A stretch of 63,949 nucleotides of DNA, counting the filler, from Limisphaerales bacterium (GTDB lineage: Bacteria; Verrucomicrobiota; Verrucomicrobiia; Limisphaerales; SIBE01), in assembly GCA_044225505.1 (NCBI GenBank). It is 5 parts of 5 records of this genome, joined end to end, with 100 filler letters (N's around TTAATTAATTAA, not from the genome) between each part and the next. Parts side by side here need not be neighbours in the genome. Positions count along the whole stretch, not along the records: positions 1 to 27,898 come from JBGAIN010000106.1; 4 more parts are not named here. The stretch is one strand, 5' to 3'. The notes beneath the pieces are model-generated. The model was given only the letters and a program-made list of their open reading frames with translations. It was not told the DNA's origin and made no database searches. Both the position numbers and the translations under genes were made by a program. Positions 1 to 10,099 of the stretch are shown here, piece by piece (positions within the stretch are counted from its first letter, which is position 1; every line of letters starts with the position of its first letter).

Positions 1-137
1 ACAATGCGGCGACTTGCACTGAACATGCTCAAAAAGGAGACCACCAAAAAGCGAGGCATCAAAGGAAAACAGCTCAACGCCAGCTGGGACCATGCCTATT
101 TGCTCCGACTATTGGGCGTTTAGATGCGTTTCCCCTG
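1..137 (+). mobile_element. 3' end of an ISAs1-family insertion sequence (transposase C-terminus 1..123 plus right terminal inverted repeat)
   Basis: Frame 1 reads TMRRLALNMLKKETTKKRGIKGKQLNASWDHAYLLRLLGV*, which resembles the ISAs1 transposase C-terminus (LRRxALNxL...GIKxKxxxAxWDxxYL). It is followed directly by ATGCGTTTCCCCTG (124-137), an ISAs1-type end (CAGGG on the reverse strand). Confidence 0.85.
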
Positions 138-786
138 GTTTGCAGGTAATGTGACGGTGACGCAGCGCGGGCATAAGAGTAATGTGGTCCCTTTAACCGA
201 ATACTGGATCAAAGCGCAGGGGCAGAAGTATTTTTCGATCGGTGTCTCCGACCCCCACACGGTGATCGACTTCAATCTCCACTTTCGCGCGGACGTCCAC
301 CGTTCACGTTCCACGCCTTATGGCAATCCAGTCATGTTTGGAGCTGCGTCCGATGCCGCGCGCGATTCCACCTGCATGATCCAAAGCGCGTCCGGAACGT
401 ATCACGATCCCAATGGGATCCGGACCGTCACCTGGGTGTTGCCCAACCCTATCCCGCTCGACATCTACTACGAAGGAACGCGGCCGGGATCCTATTTCGC
501 GGCCCGATCGACTTTCAGCGAGGGCAGATTTGCACTGACGATGAACGCATTCGCCAAGGATGGTTTAACCGTCATTGAAAAGTTCTCGGACACCGGCAAG
601 GAATTCAGCTTTCCGTTCGAGCCGGGCACGCGGACATTTCCCATCGGCCAGAGCGGGCTGAATCCTTCGACCTACGCCATTGACGGTGGGGAAACACCGG
701 CCGCAGGCGATAGCGGACTCTTTACCTGGGAACGCGCGCCGGCCGTCTATCCGCCGAACGTCGATATTCCAGGTTACGCCGAGTGA
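124..786 (+). CDS. Hypothetical protein, probably the 3' part of a gene interrupted by the ISAs1 element
   Basis: 220-aa ORF with coding-like codon usage. Its ATG lies inside the IS end. No family recognised. Confidence 0.55.
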   Translation: MRFPWFAGNVTVTQRGHKSNVVPLTEYWIKAQGQKYFSIGVSDPHTVIDFNLHFRADVHRSRSTPYGNPVMFGAASDAARDSTCMIQSASGTYHDPNGIRTVTWVLPNPIPLDIYYEGTRPGSYFAARSTFSEGRFALTMNAFAKDGLTVIEKFSDTGKEFSFPFEPGTRTFPIGQSGLNPSTYAIDGGETPAAGDSGLFTWERAPAVYPPNVDIPGYAE

Positions 787-942
787 CCGGCCTGGGTCGG
801 ACCGGGAGGTGCCATTGGGGAAGAGCGGTACGGCGTTCACACTCCGGAGCCCACGGTTCCGCAGCCGAACGTCTGATTCGACCAGGAGGCGTAAATCTTG
901 ATCCGTGCTTTCCAGCGGCGCCGAAGTTGGTAAGGTGCGGGC

Positions 943-2334
943 ATGCTTTTCCGGATCACATGCCTTGTTTGTTGTTGTCAAATCTGGCTGCTGGGGATCG
1001 CTCGCGCCGCGGCCAATCCCCCAACAACGCCCGGCGCGGCCGTGGAACTGCGGCTCGCGACCTTTGATGTCGATGCGACTCCGCCCGTGGGCAGCATGAT
1101 GGCCTACGATCCGGTGACCAATCGGTGGGACCTGACGTTGCGTGCGCGAGGTGTGGTGCTGTTGGGAGCGGGACAACCAATGGTGCTTTGTGCGGTCGAT
1201 TGGATTGGCATCGCGAATGAGTCGTATGATGCGTTCCGCGGTGCGATCGCGTTGGCGGCAGGCACGGTCCCGTCGCGAGTGGCTCTGCATACACTTCATC
1301 AACATGATGCGCCCGATTCGGATTTTTCAGCCGAACAAATCCTCAAGAACGCTGGGATGGAGCCGAGGCAATTCGAGAGTCGATTTCAACGGCAGCTCCT
1401 GCAGGAGTTGGAACAGGCCATTCGCGTCAGTTTGCCGCGTGCGCAAATCATTACCCACTATGGCTGCGGCGAAGCTCGGGTTGAACGAGTGGCGTCGAAT
1501 CGGCGCATTTACAACGCAGATGGAAAAGTGCGAGCTGTCCGCTATACCGCGTGTCCCGATGCCGCGCTGCGCGATGAACCGGAAGGAGTGATCGATCCGG
1601 TCGTCTCTCTGGTCAGTTTTTGGTCCCAGGGCCGACCCGTTGCTGTCTTGAGTTACTATGCGACCCATCCCCAAAGCTACTATCGCACGGGCATCCCGAA
1701 TCCGGACTTTCCAGGTGTGGCTCGGTTCCTTCGGCAGTTAGCGGTGCCATCGGCCTTGCACGTGCATTTCAACGGCGCCGGGGGCAATATCGGTGCGGGC
1801 AAATATAACGATGGTTCTCCGGAGAATCGCCGGGTGTTGGCGGACCGGTTGGCCGAAGGGATGCGTCTGGCTTGGGAAGTCACCAAGCCCGAGCCGCTCG
1901 ATGCCTCGATGATCGGATGGTCGAGCACCTCGGTGGCGCTTCCACCCTCCGATGACTTGGACGAGGTGAAGTTGGAAAGTCAACTGAGCGCCAAGGATCA
2001 GCGTTTTCTGGCGGTGGGTGGGCCCTCCAAGCTCGCGTGGCTGCGCCGATGCCGCTCAGGTCACCGTTTGGAAGTAACGTGCCTCCGCCTCGGTCGCGCC
2101 CGCGTGTTGCACATGCCCGGTGAGTTGTTTGTGGAGTATCAGCTCGCGGCCAAAGCTGAGCGGCCAGACCTTTTTGTGTCGATGGCCGCCTATGGAGATT
2201 ATGCGCCGTGGTACATTGGCACGGCCGCGGCCTATGGGGAGGGCGGCTACGAGACCACTCCGCCTGCTTCCAATGTTGGACCGGGCGCAGAAGTGGAATT
2301 AATGCGGGCAATCCGCCAGTTGTTGCGGGAGTGA
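943..2334 (+). CDS. Secreted neutral/alkaline ceramidase-like hydrolase (PVC family)
   Basis: Signal peptide; motifs HTLHQHDAP, YATHP, PGELFVEYQL and GGYE are typical of this family. Confidence 0.65.
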   Translation: MLFRITCLVCCCQIWLLGIARAAANPPTTPGAAVELRLATFDVDATPPVGSMMAYDPVTNRWDLTLRARGVVLLGAGQPMVLCAVDWIGIANESYDAFRGAIALAAGTVPSRVALHTLHQHDAPDSDFSAEQILKNAGMEPRQFESRFQRQLLQELEQAIRVSLPRAQIITHYGCGEARVERVASNRRIYNADGKVRAVRYTACPDAALRDEPEGVIDPVVSLVSFWSQGRPVAVLSYYATHPQSYYRTGIPNPDFPGVARFLRQLAVPSALHVHFNGAGGNIGAGKYNDGSPENRRVLADRLAEGMRLAWEVTKPEPLDASMIGWSSTSVALPPSDDLDEVKLESQLSAKDQRFLAVGGPSKLAWLRRCRSGHRLEVTCLRLGRARVLHMPGELFVEYQLAAKAERPDLFVSMAAYGDYAPWYIGTAAAYGEGGYETTPPASNVGPGAEVELMRAIRQLLRE

Positions 2335-2392
2335 AAGCTCACTCGGGACTGTGCTGGGCGGAGGAGCGGGGGCGCCGCGCACTGCCCGGCGG

Positions 2393-5300
2393 TTAATCTT
2401 CAGCGAATAGGTACTCCAGATCGGTTTTAGTCAAGCTGCGGGCGAAACCCTCTTCGCCCAAGACGTCGGAGATCGTTTGCGCTTTTCGTTGTTGCAGCTC
2501 CCAGATCTTTTCTTCGACGGTTCCAGGGGCGATCAACCGATACGCGTTGACGGTCCGAGTTTGGCCGATTCGGTGGGAACGGTCGATCGCTTGCGCCTCG
2601 ACGGCGGGATTCCACCACGGGTCGTAGAGGACGACGTAACTGGCGGTGGTCAGGTTTAAGCCCGTTCCCGCGGCCCGCAAGCTGAGGAGAAATACGGAGG
2701 CGCTCGGCTCGCTTTGAAAAGCGTTGACGATGTCCTGACGCTGTTTGCTTTCACCCGTCAGAATATGGGTCGGGAATTGACGGTGTTGGCACTCTACTTC
2801 CAGCAGACGCAACATCTGAACGAACTGGCTGAAAACGAGGACCTTTTGCCCCTCGGCAAGCAACGGTTCGAGCAACTCGAAGAGCGTCTCGGTCTTGCCC
2901 GAGGCCGAATCGTTTCCGACCAGCTGAGGATGACAGCAAATCTGCCGCAGGCGTGTGAGCGCCGCGAGCACATGAATCTTGCTGCGAGCCAATCCCTTCT
3001 CGTTGACCGCCTGGAGGACCTGTTCCCGGCTGCGACGCAATTCGGCCAGGTAAAGTTTCCGTTGAGCTTCGCCCAGTTCGCAGTCCCGGCGTTCGTCGAT
3101 GCGATCCGGCAAATCTTGGGCGACCTGGCGTTTGAGTCGGCGCAAGAGGAGAGGACGTAGCTTGGCCGAAAGACGGCGCCGAGCCACTTTTTGGCTCCAG
3201 GCCGCATCCGCACCTTTGGGTTCGTAATTTTCAGAGAAACTGCTTTGCGATCCCAGGTAACCGGGTTGCACAAAATCTACGATGCTCCAGAGATCGAGAA
3301 GGCGATTTTCCAACGGTGTTCCCGTGAGGGCAAGCCGCTGTTCGGCGCGCAACTGTTTTACCGACTGCGTGACCTGAGCACTCGGATTCTTGATAAACTG
3401 GGCTTCGTCCAAAATGATGGCGCGGAATTCGAACTTGAGGAGCGCGGCCAGATCGCGCCGGAGCAGGGCGTAGTTGGTGACGATCAGGTCGTGCTGTGGA
3501 ATTTGTTGGCGCAAATTGTGGCGGGCCGATCCGCTTTCCAGGACCAGGACTTTTAAGTGTGAGGTGAAGCGATTGGCTTCGCGCTGCCAGTTGTGCAGGA
3601 CGGAGGCCGGACAGATGACCAGGGAAGGTTTAGGCCTCTTGGTGTGCGCACTTTGCAGCCAGGCTAGCCACGCCAACGTTTGAAGCGTTTTTCCAAGACC
3701 CATGTCATCGGCTAAGACTCCGCCCAGCTTGAGTTCACTCAAGTGGCAAAGGAAATCGAAACCTTCTTTTTGGTAAGGCCGCAGTTCGGCACAGACGGAG
3801 GAGGGCAAAGGGGTCGGGGGAATACCCGAGAATTCTGCGACGCGCTGGCGCAGGCTCTTGGCATGGGGTTGATCGGCAAAGCGCTGAAGCGTGTCCCCTG
3901 CGACCTGGGCCGCATGCATCAACGGCACGCGCTGCGGAACTGGACTCAGGCAATCCAGGCCCAGGTCGGCCATGGCTTCGTGCGCACTCTGAACGGCAGC
4001 GCAGTCCAATTCCATCCAGCCGCTATCGGGCAGTTTCACGTACCGACCGGTAGCGCTCTGCAGTTGTTGCAGGTCCGCTGGGGTAAGCTTGAGTCCCTCG
4101 GCTTCCCAGGCAGCACAGACTGAAAACCAATCGATTCCGCTGCCTTGAACCATGAGCTTGGGCCGGAGTCGCCGGGGCGCCAAAAAAAGCCGATGAAACG
4201 CCGGGTTCCCCAGGTACTCAGCAGCAGTGGGGCGGTCTGGCCAAGCCGTGGCCAGGGCATTCAGAAAGTTTTCATTGGCATCACCAATCCATAGGCCGGG
4301 TTCGGGCGTGAACCAGTCCAGGCGGCGCAACCAGCCAATCGCAGGATCAAGCCGCGGATCATCGAGGATTTCAGGTTTCTCGCGCCCGGCAGGGGCGCTC
4401 GAAGTTCTTTGCCATTCTTCGCCGTTCCACTGCCAGAGACTTTCATCGAGGTCGCTCCTGGCGAGCAGGCGGACTCGGACGGTTTCATCGCTGAGTTCGA
4501 AGGTGAATTGGGGCAGGGCACCATGGGCAACACAGAGTTGCAACCAGTCTGCGCCGTCGGAAGGCGAGTTGGTGCGCAGCTGCTTCAAGATCCGGTGGCT
4601 TAGCTTTTTGACTGGGAGAAGCGGCTTCTGCAGCCAGTTATCGAGCAGTGAAGCTGGCGGTGGATTGCGCAGGAGGTAAAAAGTCGATTCGACGAGGGCA
4701 ACGCTGGGATGCCCTTCAAAGAAATGGGCGTCACTGAGACCAAGCAGTTTGCCATCAGGGAGCTTGAGTTGATGGCTCAAGGAGAGTTCATCGCCGGTGG
4801 TGGCCAAGGTGGGAGAAAATTCGGCAAGTTGACCGTGAAAATGTAAAACCGACTTGGTTTCGAGCGATTCAAAACGAGATGTTTGGCCCCAACGCGCCAG
4901 CCATTGGAGTAAATCCACACCGCTCAAGGTGACAAAGTCTGGCAGTTCCTTCTCAGCATCAAAATTGTCAGCCAACCATCGAATGAACTCCCAATCGTGA
5001 GGCGGGAACAATTCTTCTTCATGCGTCGAACGCGAGGCCAATTCCAACATTTCCCGGAGCGTTCGCACTTTTTCACCGGTGCGAGGACGGGAGACGGCAA
5101 ACTCCACTTTCAGTTTGCAGAGAGCTCCCGCGGGCAGGCGCTCAGTGCGGCATAAGACACGAAGACCGGCCCGGGGCGAGTCCAAGTGAACAGGCCGGGG
5201 AGGAACGAGCCAGTGCTCGAGCAGTTCAACGTAGTGTTGTTCTTTAGCCGCTTGCTCGATCTCGTAGAGGCGTTCGAAATTGGCATACGGCAGCAACTCC

Positions 5301-5656
5301 GTAGGGAGGGGCCGATTCGCCTGCAGAAAAAGCATGGCCGTAGATTCGAGCCGTTGCTTGCCCTTGGATTCTAGCAGCCGATTCCACCATTCCTGCCCTG
5401 CGAAATCCTTGCGCGCCAGCGACAGTTTTTCAAAGTAATCCTCCAACAACAACCATGCTCGTTGAGAATCGGCGCACTGGGCAAACGTGTTCAGGATCTC
5501 GGTCCGCTCGGCAATCGCGGCCTTGGAATCCGCCAGCTCGCGCCGCAAGTCGGCCAAGGCGCCGTAGGTCTTGTCGAGCACGGTATGGTGTGCGTCGTAC
5601 TTGGTGTTGGCGGCGGAACGCGGTTGTTGCCCGTCGTTACGAACGAGTCTTGGCAT
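2393..5656 (-). CDS. SNF2-family DEAD/DEAH helicase
   Basis: LRPYQ, LADDMGLGKT, DEAQ, TGTPLEN, FSQF and QAIDRSHRIGQ motifs. Confidence 0.95.
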   Translation of the reverse strand: MPRLVRNDGQQPRSAANTKYDAHHTVLDKTYGALADLRRELADSKAAIAERTEILNTFAQCADSQRAWLLLEDYFEKLSLARKDFAGQEWWNRLLESKGKQRLESTAMLFLQANRPLPTELLPYANFERLYEIEQAAKEQHYVELLEHWLVPPRPVHLDSPRAGLRVLCRTERLPAGALCKLKVEFAVSRPRTGEKVRTLREMLELASRSTHEEELFPPHDWEFIRWLADNFDAEKELPDFVTLSGVDLLQWLARWGQTSRFESLETKSVLHFHGQLAEFSPTLATTGDELSLSHQLKLPDGKLLGLSDAHFFEGHPSVALVESTFYLLRNPPPASLLDNWLQKPLLPVKKLSHRILKQLRTNSPSDGADWLQLCVAHGALPQFTFELSDETVRVRLLARSDLDESLWQWNGEEWQRTSSAPAGREKPEILDDPRLDPAIGWLRRLDWFTPEPGLWIGDANENFLNALATAWPDRPTAAEYLGNPAFHRLFLAPRRLRPKLMVQGSGIDWFSVCAAWEAEGLKLTPADLQQLQSATGRYVKLPDSGWMELDCAAVQSAHEAMADLGLDCLSPVPQRVPLMHAAQVAGDTLQRFADQPHAKSLRQRVAEFSGIPPTPLPSSVCAELRPYQKEGFDFLCHLSELKLGGVLADDMGLGKTLQTLAWLAWLQSAHTKRPKPSLVICPASVLHNWQREANRFTSHLKVLVLESGSARHNLRQQIPQHDLIVTNYALLRRDLAALLKFEFRAIILDEAQFIKNPSAQVTQSVKQLRAEQRLALTGTPLENRLLDLWSIVDFVQPGYLGSQSSFSENYEPKGADAAWSQKVARRRLSAKLRPLLLRRLKRQVAQDLPDRIDERRDCELGEAQRKLYLAELRRSREQVLQAVNEKGLARSKIHVLAALTRLRQICCHPQLVGNDSASGKTETLFELLEPLLAEGQKVLVFSQFVQMLRLLEVECQHRQFPTHILTGESKQRQDIVNAFQSEPSASVFLLSLRAAGTGLNLTTASYVVLYDPWWNPAVEAQAIDRSHRIGQTRTVNAYRLIAPGTVEEKIWELQQRKAQTISDVLGEEGFARSLTKTDLEYLFAED

Positions 5657-5810
5657 CTTTGTTTTCTATGAACGATGGAGCCTAAATCGACACGATAGCC
5701 GAGCGGCGACCAATGGCGATCTTGCCTGAGAGCGGCTGTAATGTCCAGCCCCTCTCTGCCGTCTCTTGGGTTGTCTGAAATGGCGTTGGTGTTCCTTGGG
5801 GCCGAAAGGA

Positions 5811-7010
5811 CTAGACCTTGCCAATCCAGCTCCTCTCTTCCCACACCGCCCGCAATGAAGTCAGGTTGCGGCGGTCAAAAATATACCTGGCAGCGTTGGC
5901 CCATCGACCATTCTTGAGGCTCCTCCAAGCGTCGCTGGCATTGATGGCAATGTGTTGAAGAACGCTAGGATCCCGATAACAGTCGATCATGCAGCGGGTA
6001 CAGCCGTCGCGGATGATTTTCGCCTGGTTAAACTCGTAAATGCTGCACATCGGCGATTCCCAGTAATGGCAACGATACAGATTCAGCTGCCAGTCTAAAT
6101 AGAAATACTTTCGCCCACCGAGACATCCGAAGGTCTCCTGCTCACCACGTAAGTGCTTTTGCATGTCCGTGAGCGAGGCCGTCGGGTTGACAATGGGAAA
6201 CCCGCGTTGCTTCTTGAGGTCTTTGATCCGGTCAAAAACTCCGATGAGCTCATCCTCCGTGTAGCTAACGAGGTTCGAGTTGCTGAAGCTCAAGTAGCTT
6301 GAGCCCAAATTGGTTAGGGGATAACTGAACGTGCACCGCCGGAATCCCAGCTGTCGCAGAAACCCGGGGAGACGATCGTACTTTCCGATAAGCTTGCTTG
6401 CCGTAACGCTTGCCGTCGTTTGGATTCCGAGCCGGTCAAACTGTGCATTCGCCTGCTGGATCTTTCGGCAAACATCGGGCAAGCCGCGGTTTGCCTCGTG
6501 CTTGGCCACCTCTTCCGAGTCGATCGACATGATCACGCTGCTCAATCCCGCCTCCGCGAGCTGATCGATGTTTGTCTCGGTCCAGAGCGAGCCGTTCGTG
6601 CAAATCATCGGATGAATCCCACGCTCGGCGGCGTATCGGACCATGGCCGCCAAATCGCGATGCACTAACGGTTCGCCTCCCACAAAGAGGAGGTAACCGA
6701 TGTCGTTACGGACACAGATTTCGATGACATCTTGTGCCTCCCTCAGGCTAACACTGCGCCTTTGCCGCGGATCGAAACGATCGACCGCGAAACCGCAGAA
6801 GTCACACCGCGCGTTGCAGACGTTCGTGATGGCGAATTGCAGATAGCCCGGCCCGCCATGGTGAAAGACCTCGCGGGCAAGTTGAAACATTCCTTTCTTA
6901 CGCGGGCGGATGGCCGGAGGCGCTGGGGAGCGTGATATCGGCGGAGTCGCGACGGCAGCGCTCGATGGCTGGACGGGCTTGCTAACTGCATTCTGGCAAC
7001 TTTCTCGCAT
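5811..7010 (-). CDS. Radical SAM protein with C-terminal SPASM/twitch-like Cys cluster
   Basis: CNARCDFC (CxxxCxxC), GGEP, and C-terminal CLGG...RC...CTRCMIDC. Confidence 0.9.
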   Translation of the reverse strand: MRESCQNAVSKPVQPSSAAVATPPISRSPAPPAIRPRKKGMFQLAREVFHHGGPGYLQFAITNVCNARCDFCGFAVDRFDPRQRRSVSLREAQDVIEICVRNDIGYLLFVGGEPLVHRDLAAMVRYAAERGIHPMICTNGSLWTETNIDQLAEAGLSSVIMSIDSEEVAKHEANRGLPDVCRKIQQANAQFDRLGIQTTASVTASKLIGKYDRLPGFLRQLGFRRCTFSYPLTNLGSSYLSFSNSNLVSYTEDELIGVFDRIKDLKKQRGFPIVNPTASLTDMQKHLRGEQETFGCLGGRKYFYLDWQLNLYRCHYWESPMCSIYEFNQAKIIRDGCTRCMIDCYRDPSVLQHIAINASDAWRSLKNGRWANAARYIFDRRNLTSLRAVWEERSWIGKV

Positions 7011-7079
7011 GGGCGAATCAATGACTACGGGGAGCGAGAAACAAGTTGAGCGGCTGCGTCCGCCGCATCCGGGAGAAGG

Positions 7080-7373
7080 CTACAGGACCACCTGGCGCTG
7101 GGCTTCATCGGGGTTTTGTCTATAGAGCACAACCACATGGCCGACGCGAGTTACCAGATAGCTGCCTGTCTTTTCGGCCAGGAAAGGTGCCAGGGTCGCT
7201 TTCTCATCCTTGAAATGTTCAAAGCGAACTTTGATCAATTCGTGGCGCTTCAACGCCAGGTCGACGCTCTGCAGCAATCCTTCGCTGACCCCCGCTTTGC
7301 CAACGCGCAGCACCGGGTCGAGCCGTTGTGCAAGGCCTTTTAGTTTCCGAATCTGAGCGTTCTTAAGTTCCAT
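7080..7373 (-). CDS. yhbY: YhbY/CRM-domain RNA-binding protein
   Basis: LKGLAQRLDPVLRVGKAG...HELIKV...GHVVVLYR. Start reassigned to ATG at 7373. Confidence 0.9.
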   Translation of the reverse strand: MELKNAQIRKLKGLAQRLDPVLRVGKAGVSEGLLQSVDLALKRHELIKVRFEHFKDEKATLAPFLAEKTGSYLVTRVGHVVVLYRQNPDEAQRQVVL

Positions 7374-8047
7374 GGCGGTAGCAGCAACGAACGATGGGGC
7401 AATGCCCAACACAACCGAACCTTACCTTGTTTACCGGGTTCCCGACGCCCGTCAAGTCAGGTGAATCGTCGTCCAGACTGTTGAGCACTGGAGTATGCCG
7501 CTCTCCTGGATCTCGTGGGTGCCAGCCCAGAGAATGCTCTGACCGCCAGGAAAGCCAGCCGCGGTGCCCGGTCGCGGTCTTAATGGGCTGTGGGAACTCC
7601 GACGACTCTAGTCGCGGCCACTGTCCATACGCAGCAACACGTCCGCGCCGACCTAATACTAAGAAGTCCGAATAAGGTGGAACGGCTGCCAACGAGCCCG
7701 ATTCCCACTGTCACCTTTCTCTGTTCGCGGAGCTTAGCTATGTCGAAGACCTGCCGCAGGTTAGAGCGGATTGCTCCGCTGCCAAGGAACTGCTTGTCGC
7801 AGGGCGACAAGAATCTACCTCGGAGGAGTTGAGTCCGTGGCCGATCTGACGACGCAGTCTGCGGTCCTTAAATTCGCCGAGTTTCAGTCGACCTCAGAGG
7901 AGGCCTGGCAAGAACAATGCCGTTGAAGTCTGTCAGAATTCCCCGCAATATCCAGATTTCTGGGTGGCACCAGGGCTTGGTGTTAGGTGGTGCCTGGGGT
8001 ATGGAACTGAACTTGAACTTAAAATTGAACGGATTGAAATTAGCAAA

Positions 8048-9271
8048 ATGAAACTCGATGAACTGTATGCGGGACTTACCCTGAAACCGACCGCGAAGCT
8101 CGCGCTGATCGTGCTGGATGGCCTCGGAGATCTCGCCACCAAATCGCAAGGGTATCTAACGCCGCTGGAAGCGGCGCTCACGCCGAACCTGGACGCACTC
8201 ACGCAAGATGCCGTTCAGGGGCGCATGACCCCGGTAGCGCCTGGAATCACTCCGGGCAGCGGCCCGGGACACCTTGGGCTTTTCGGCTATGACCCGCTTG
8301 AATTCGAGGTCGGACGCGGTGTGATCGAAGCACTCGGGTTGGGCCTCGAGCTCAAGGCGGGCGATGTGGCGGCTCGGGCCAACTTTTGTACTTTGAACGA
8401 TCAGAGTGTCGTGACCGATCGCCGGGCTGGGCGAATCGAGACGCCGGTCTGCGAGGAACTCTGTGACTTGCTGGCCAAGAAGATTAAGAAGGTCGGCGAC
8501 GCCGAAGTGATCATTAAAGCGGGCAAAGGGCATCGGTTTGTCGTGGTGTTTCGAGGGAAAGGGCTGGAAGGGCCGCTGACGGACGCTGATCCACACCGCG
8601 AAGGAGCTCCGATTCCGGTTGCGGAACCGGTCGATGCCAAGAACTTGAAGCAGAAGAAGGCCGCCAAGCTCGTTGCGGAGTTTTACAAGCTGGCTTTGCC
8701 GCTCATCGCGAAGCGACGGCCGGCCAACGGATTCTTGATGCGCGGCATCGCCCATCAGCCGGAGATTCCGCTGTTTGAGGAGCGCTATCAGCTCAAGCCA
8801 GCGTGCCTGGCGATTTATCCGATGTATAAAGGTCTCGCCCAGTTGGTCGGCATGACGAAAATCGAAGGACCTCAAACTATCCGTGAGCAGTTCGAACGGT
8901 ATCTGGCCGAATACGATAACTACGATTTCTTCTTCATCCATTACAAGTACACCGATATGTATGGAGAGGATGGTAATTTTGAGGCCAAGAAGAAGGCGAT
9001 TGAAGAATTCGATGCGGCGCTCCCTGTCCTCCTGCAAAAACGGCCGGACGTGATCGCGATCACTGGCGACCACTCGACCCCTTGTGCGATGAAAGGACAC
9101 TCGTGGCATCCGCAACCGGTGTTGCTGACTTCGGCCATTTCAGGATCTGACAAATTGGATCGATTCACCGAGACCGGAGCTAACATGGGTTCCCTGGGAG
9201 TTTTTGACGCGAAGTTCTTAATCCGATTCATGCAAGCCAACGCGCGTATGTTCGACAAGTTCGGAGCTTAA
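8048..9271 (+). CDS. apgM: 2,3-bisphosphoglycerate-independent phosphoglycerate mutase (ApgM type)
   Basis: LDGLGD, TPGSGPGHL, DRRAGRI and TGDHSTP motifs. Start reassigned to ATG at 8048. Confidence 0.92.
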   Translation: MKLDELYAGLTLKPTAKLALIVLDGLGDLATKSQGYLTPLEAALTPNLDALTQDAVQGRMTPVAPGITPGSGPGHLGLFGYDPLEFEVGRGVIEALGLGLELKAGDVAARANFCTLNDQSVVTDRRAGRIETPVCEELCDLLAKKIKKVGDAEVIIKAGKGHRFVVVFRGKGLEGPLTDADPHREGAPIPVAEPVDAKNLKQKKAAKLVAEFYKLALPLIAKRRPANGFLMRGIAHQPEIPLFEERYQLKPACLAIYPMYKGLAQLVGMTKIEGPQTIREQFERYLAEYDNYDFFFIHYKYTDMYGEDGNFEAKKKAIEEFDAALPVLLQKRPDVIAITGDHSTPCAMKGHSWHPQPVLLTSAISGSDKLDRFTETGANMGSLGVFDAKFLIRFMQANARMFDKFGA

Positions 9272-9307
9272 ACTTAGAGGCACAGCGCACGCGGAACACC
9301 ATTGTCA

Positions 9308-10060
9308 ATGAAGGCGATCATTTTGGCGGCGGGCAAGGGCACGCGCATGCGCGAGCTGACTAGCGACATTCCCAAACCAATGCTCAAGGTCCAGGGCAAG
9401 CCGATCCTTGAGCATATTCTGGAGGGAATCCAAGCGGCAGGTATCCGCGATTTCTGCATTATTACCGGCTACCGCGCGGACGTCGTTGAGTCATATTTTG
9501 GAACGGGCGAACGCTGGGGAGCGAAAATCAGCTACGTCCGGCAAGTTGTGCAGGACGGAACGGGGAGGGCGCCGGAACTGGCGAAGGCATTTGCCGGAAG
9601 TGACCCGTTCCTATTGACCTATGGGGACATTTTGGTCAGGCCGATCACTTATAGCCGCATGGTCAGCCGTTTCGCGGAAGATGCCTTCGCCGGATTGGTT
9701 ACGGTCACGCCTGGCCAAGATGTCACCAAGGGGGGAATCAACTTCTTCGATGCTCAGTTCCGCCTCCGCCGGATCGTTGAAAAACCTAGCCCAACGCAAA
9801 TCGAACAATTTCGAAAAGAAGGCTGGCTCAAGGAGGGGCAGCCGGTGTGGTATAACGCCGGGATTTACATTTTCGGGCCGACGCTGTTTGAGTTTACCGG
9901 TAAGCTTCAGAAGTCGCCGCGGGGCGAATACGAATTGCCCGATGCGATCAACGCCATGCTTGCCGACGGTCGGTCGATTGCCGGGCTTGAAATTGAGGGA
10001 AGATGGGTAGACGTCCGCGACCCGGAAGTCTTGCGACAGATAGACGCCGGCGGTTTATAA
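9308..10060 (+). CDS. Sugar-phosphate nucleotidyltransferase (NTP_transferase family)
   Basis: ILAAGKGTRM...PKPML, EKP and RGEYEL motifs. Confidence 0.9.
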   Translation: MKAIILAAGKGTRMRELTSDIPKPMLKVQGKPILEHILEGIQAAGIRDFCIITGYRADVVESYFGTGERWGAKISYVRQVVQDGTGRAPELAKAFAGSDPFLLTYGDILVRPITYSRMVSRFAEDAFAGLVTVTPGQDVTKGGINFFDAQFRLRRIVEKPSPTQIEQFRKEGWLKEGQPVWYNAGIYIFGPTLFEFTGKLQKSPRGEYELPDAINAMLADGRSIAGLEIEGRWVDVRDPEVLRQIDAGGL

Positions 10061-10099
10061 CATCGCCTTCGGCTCGCAGTGCCTCGGTTGCCGTTGGAT

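Noticed and set aside
2393..5656. SNF2 helicase as part of an anti-phage system
   Set aside because: No methylase, nuclease or other defence genes are adjacent; it looks like the ordinary stand-alone bacterial SNF2.
7394..7675. Cys-rich 93-aa ORF as a RiPP precursor for the radical SAM/SPASM enzyme
   Set aside because: It is on the opposite strand, lacks a clear Shine-Dalgarno and leader/core pattern, and has no transporter or RRE gene nearby.
8156..9115. 319-aa minus-strand ORF and many similar short overlapping ORFs
   Set aside because: These are antisense shadows of well-supported genes, expected in GC-rich DNA.
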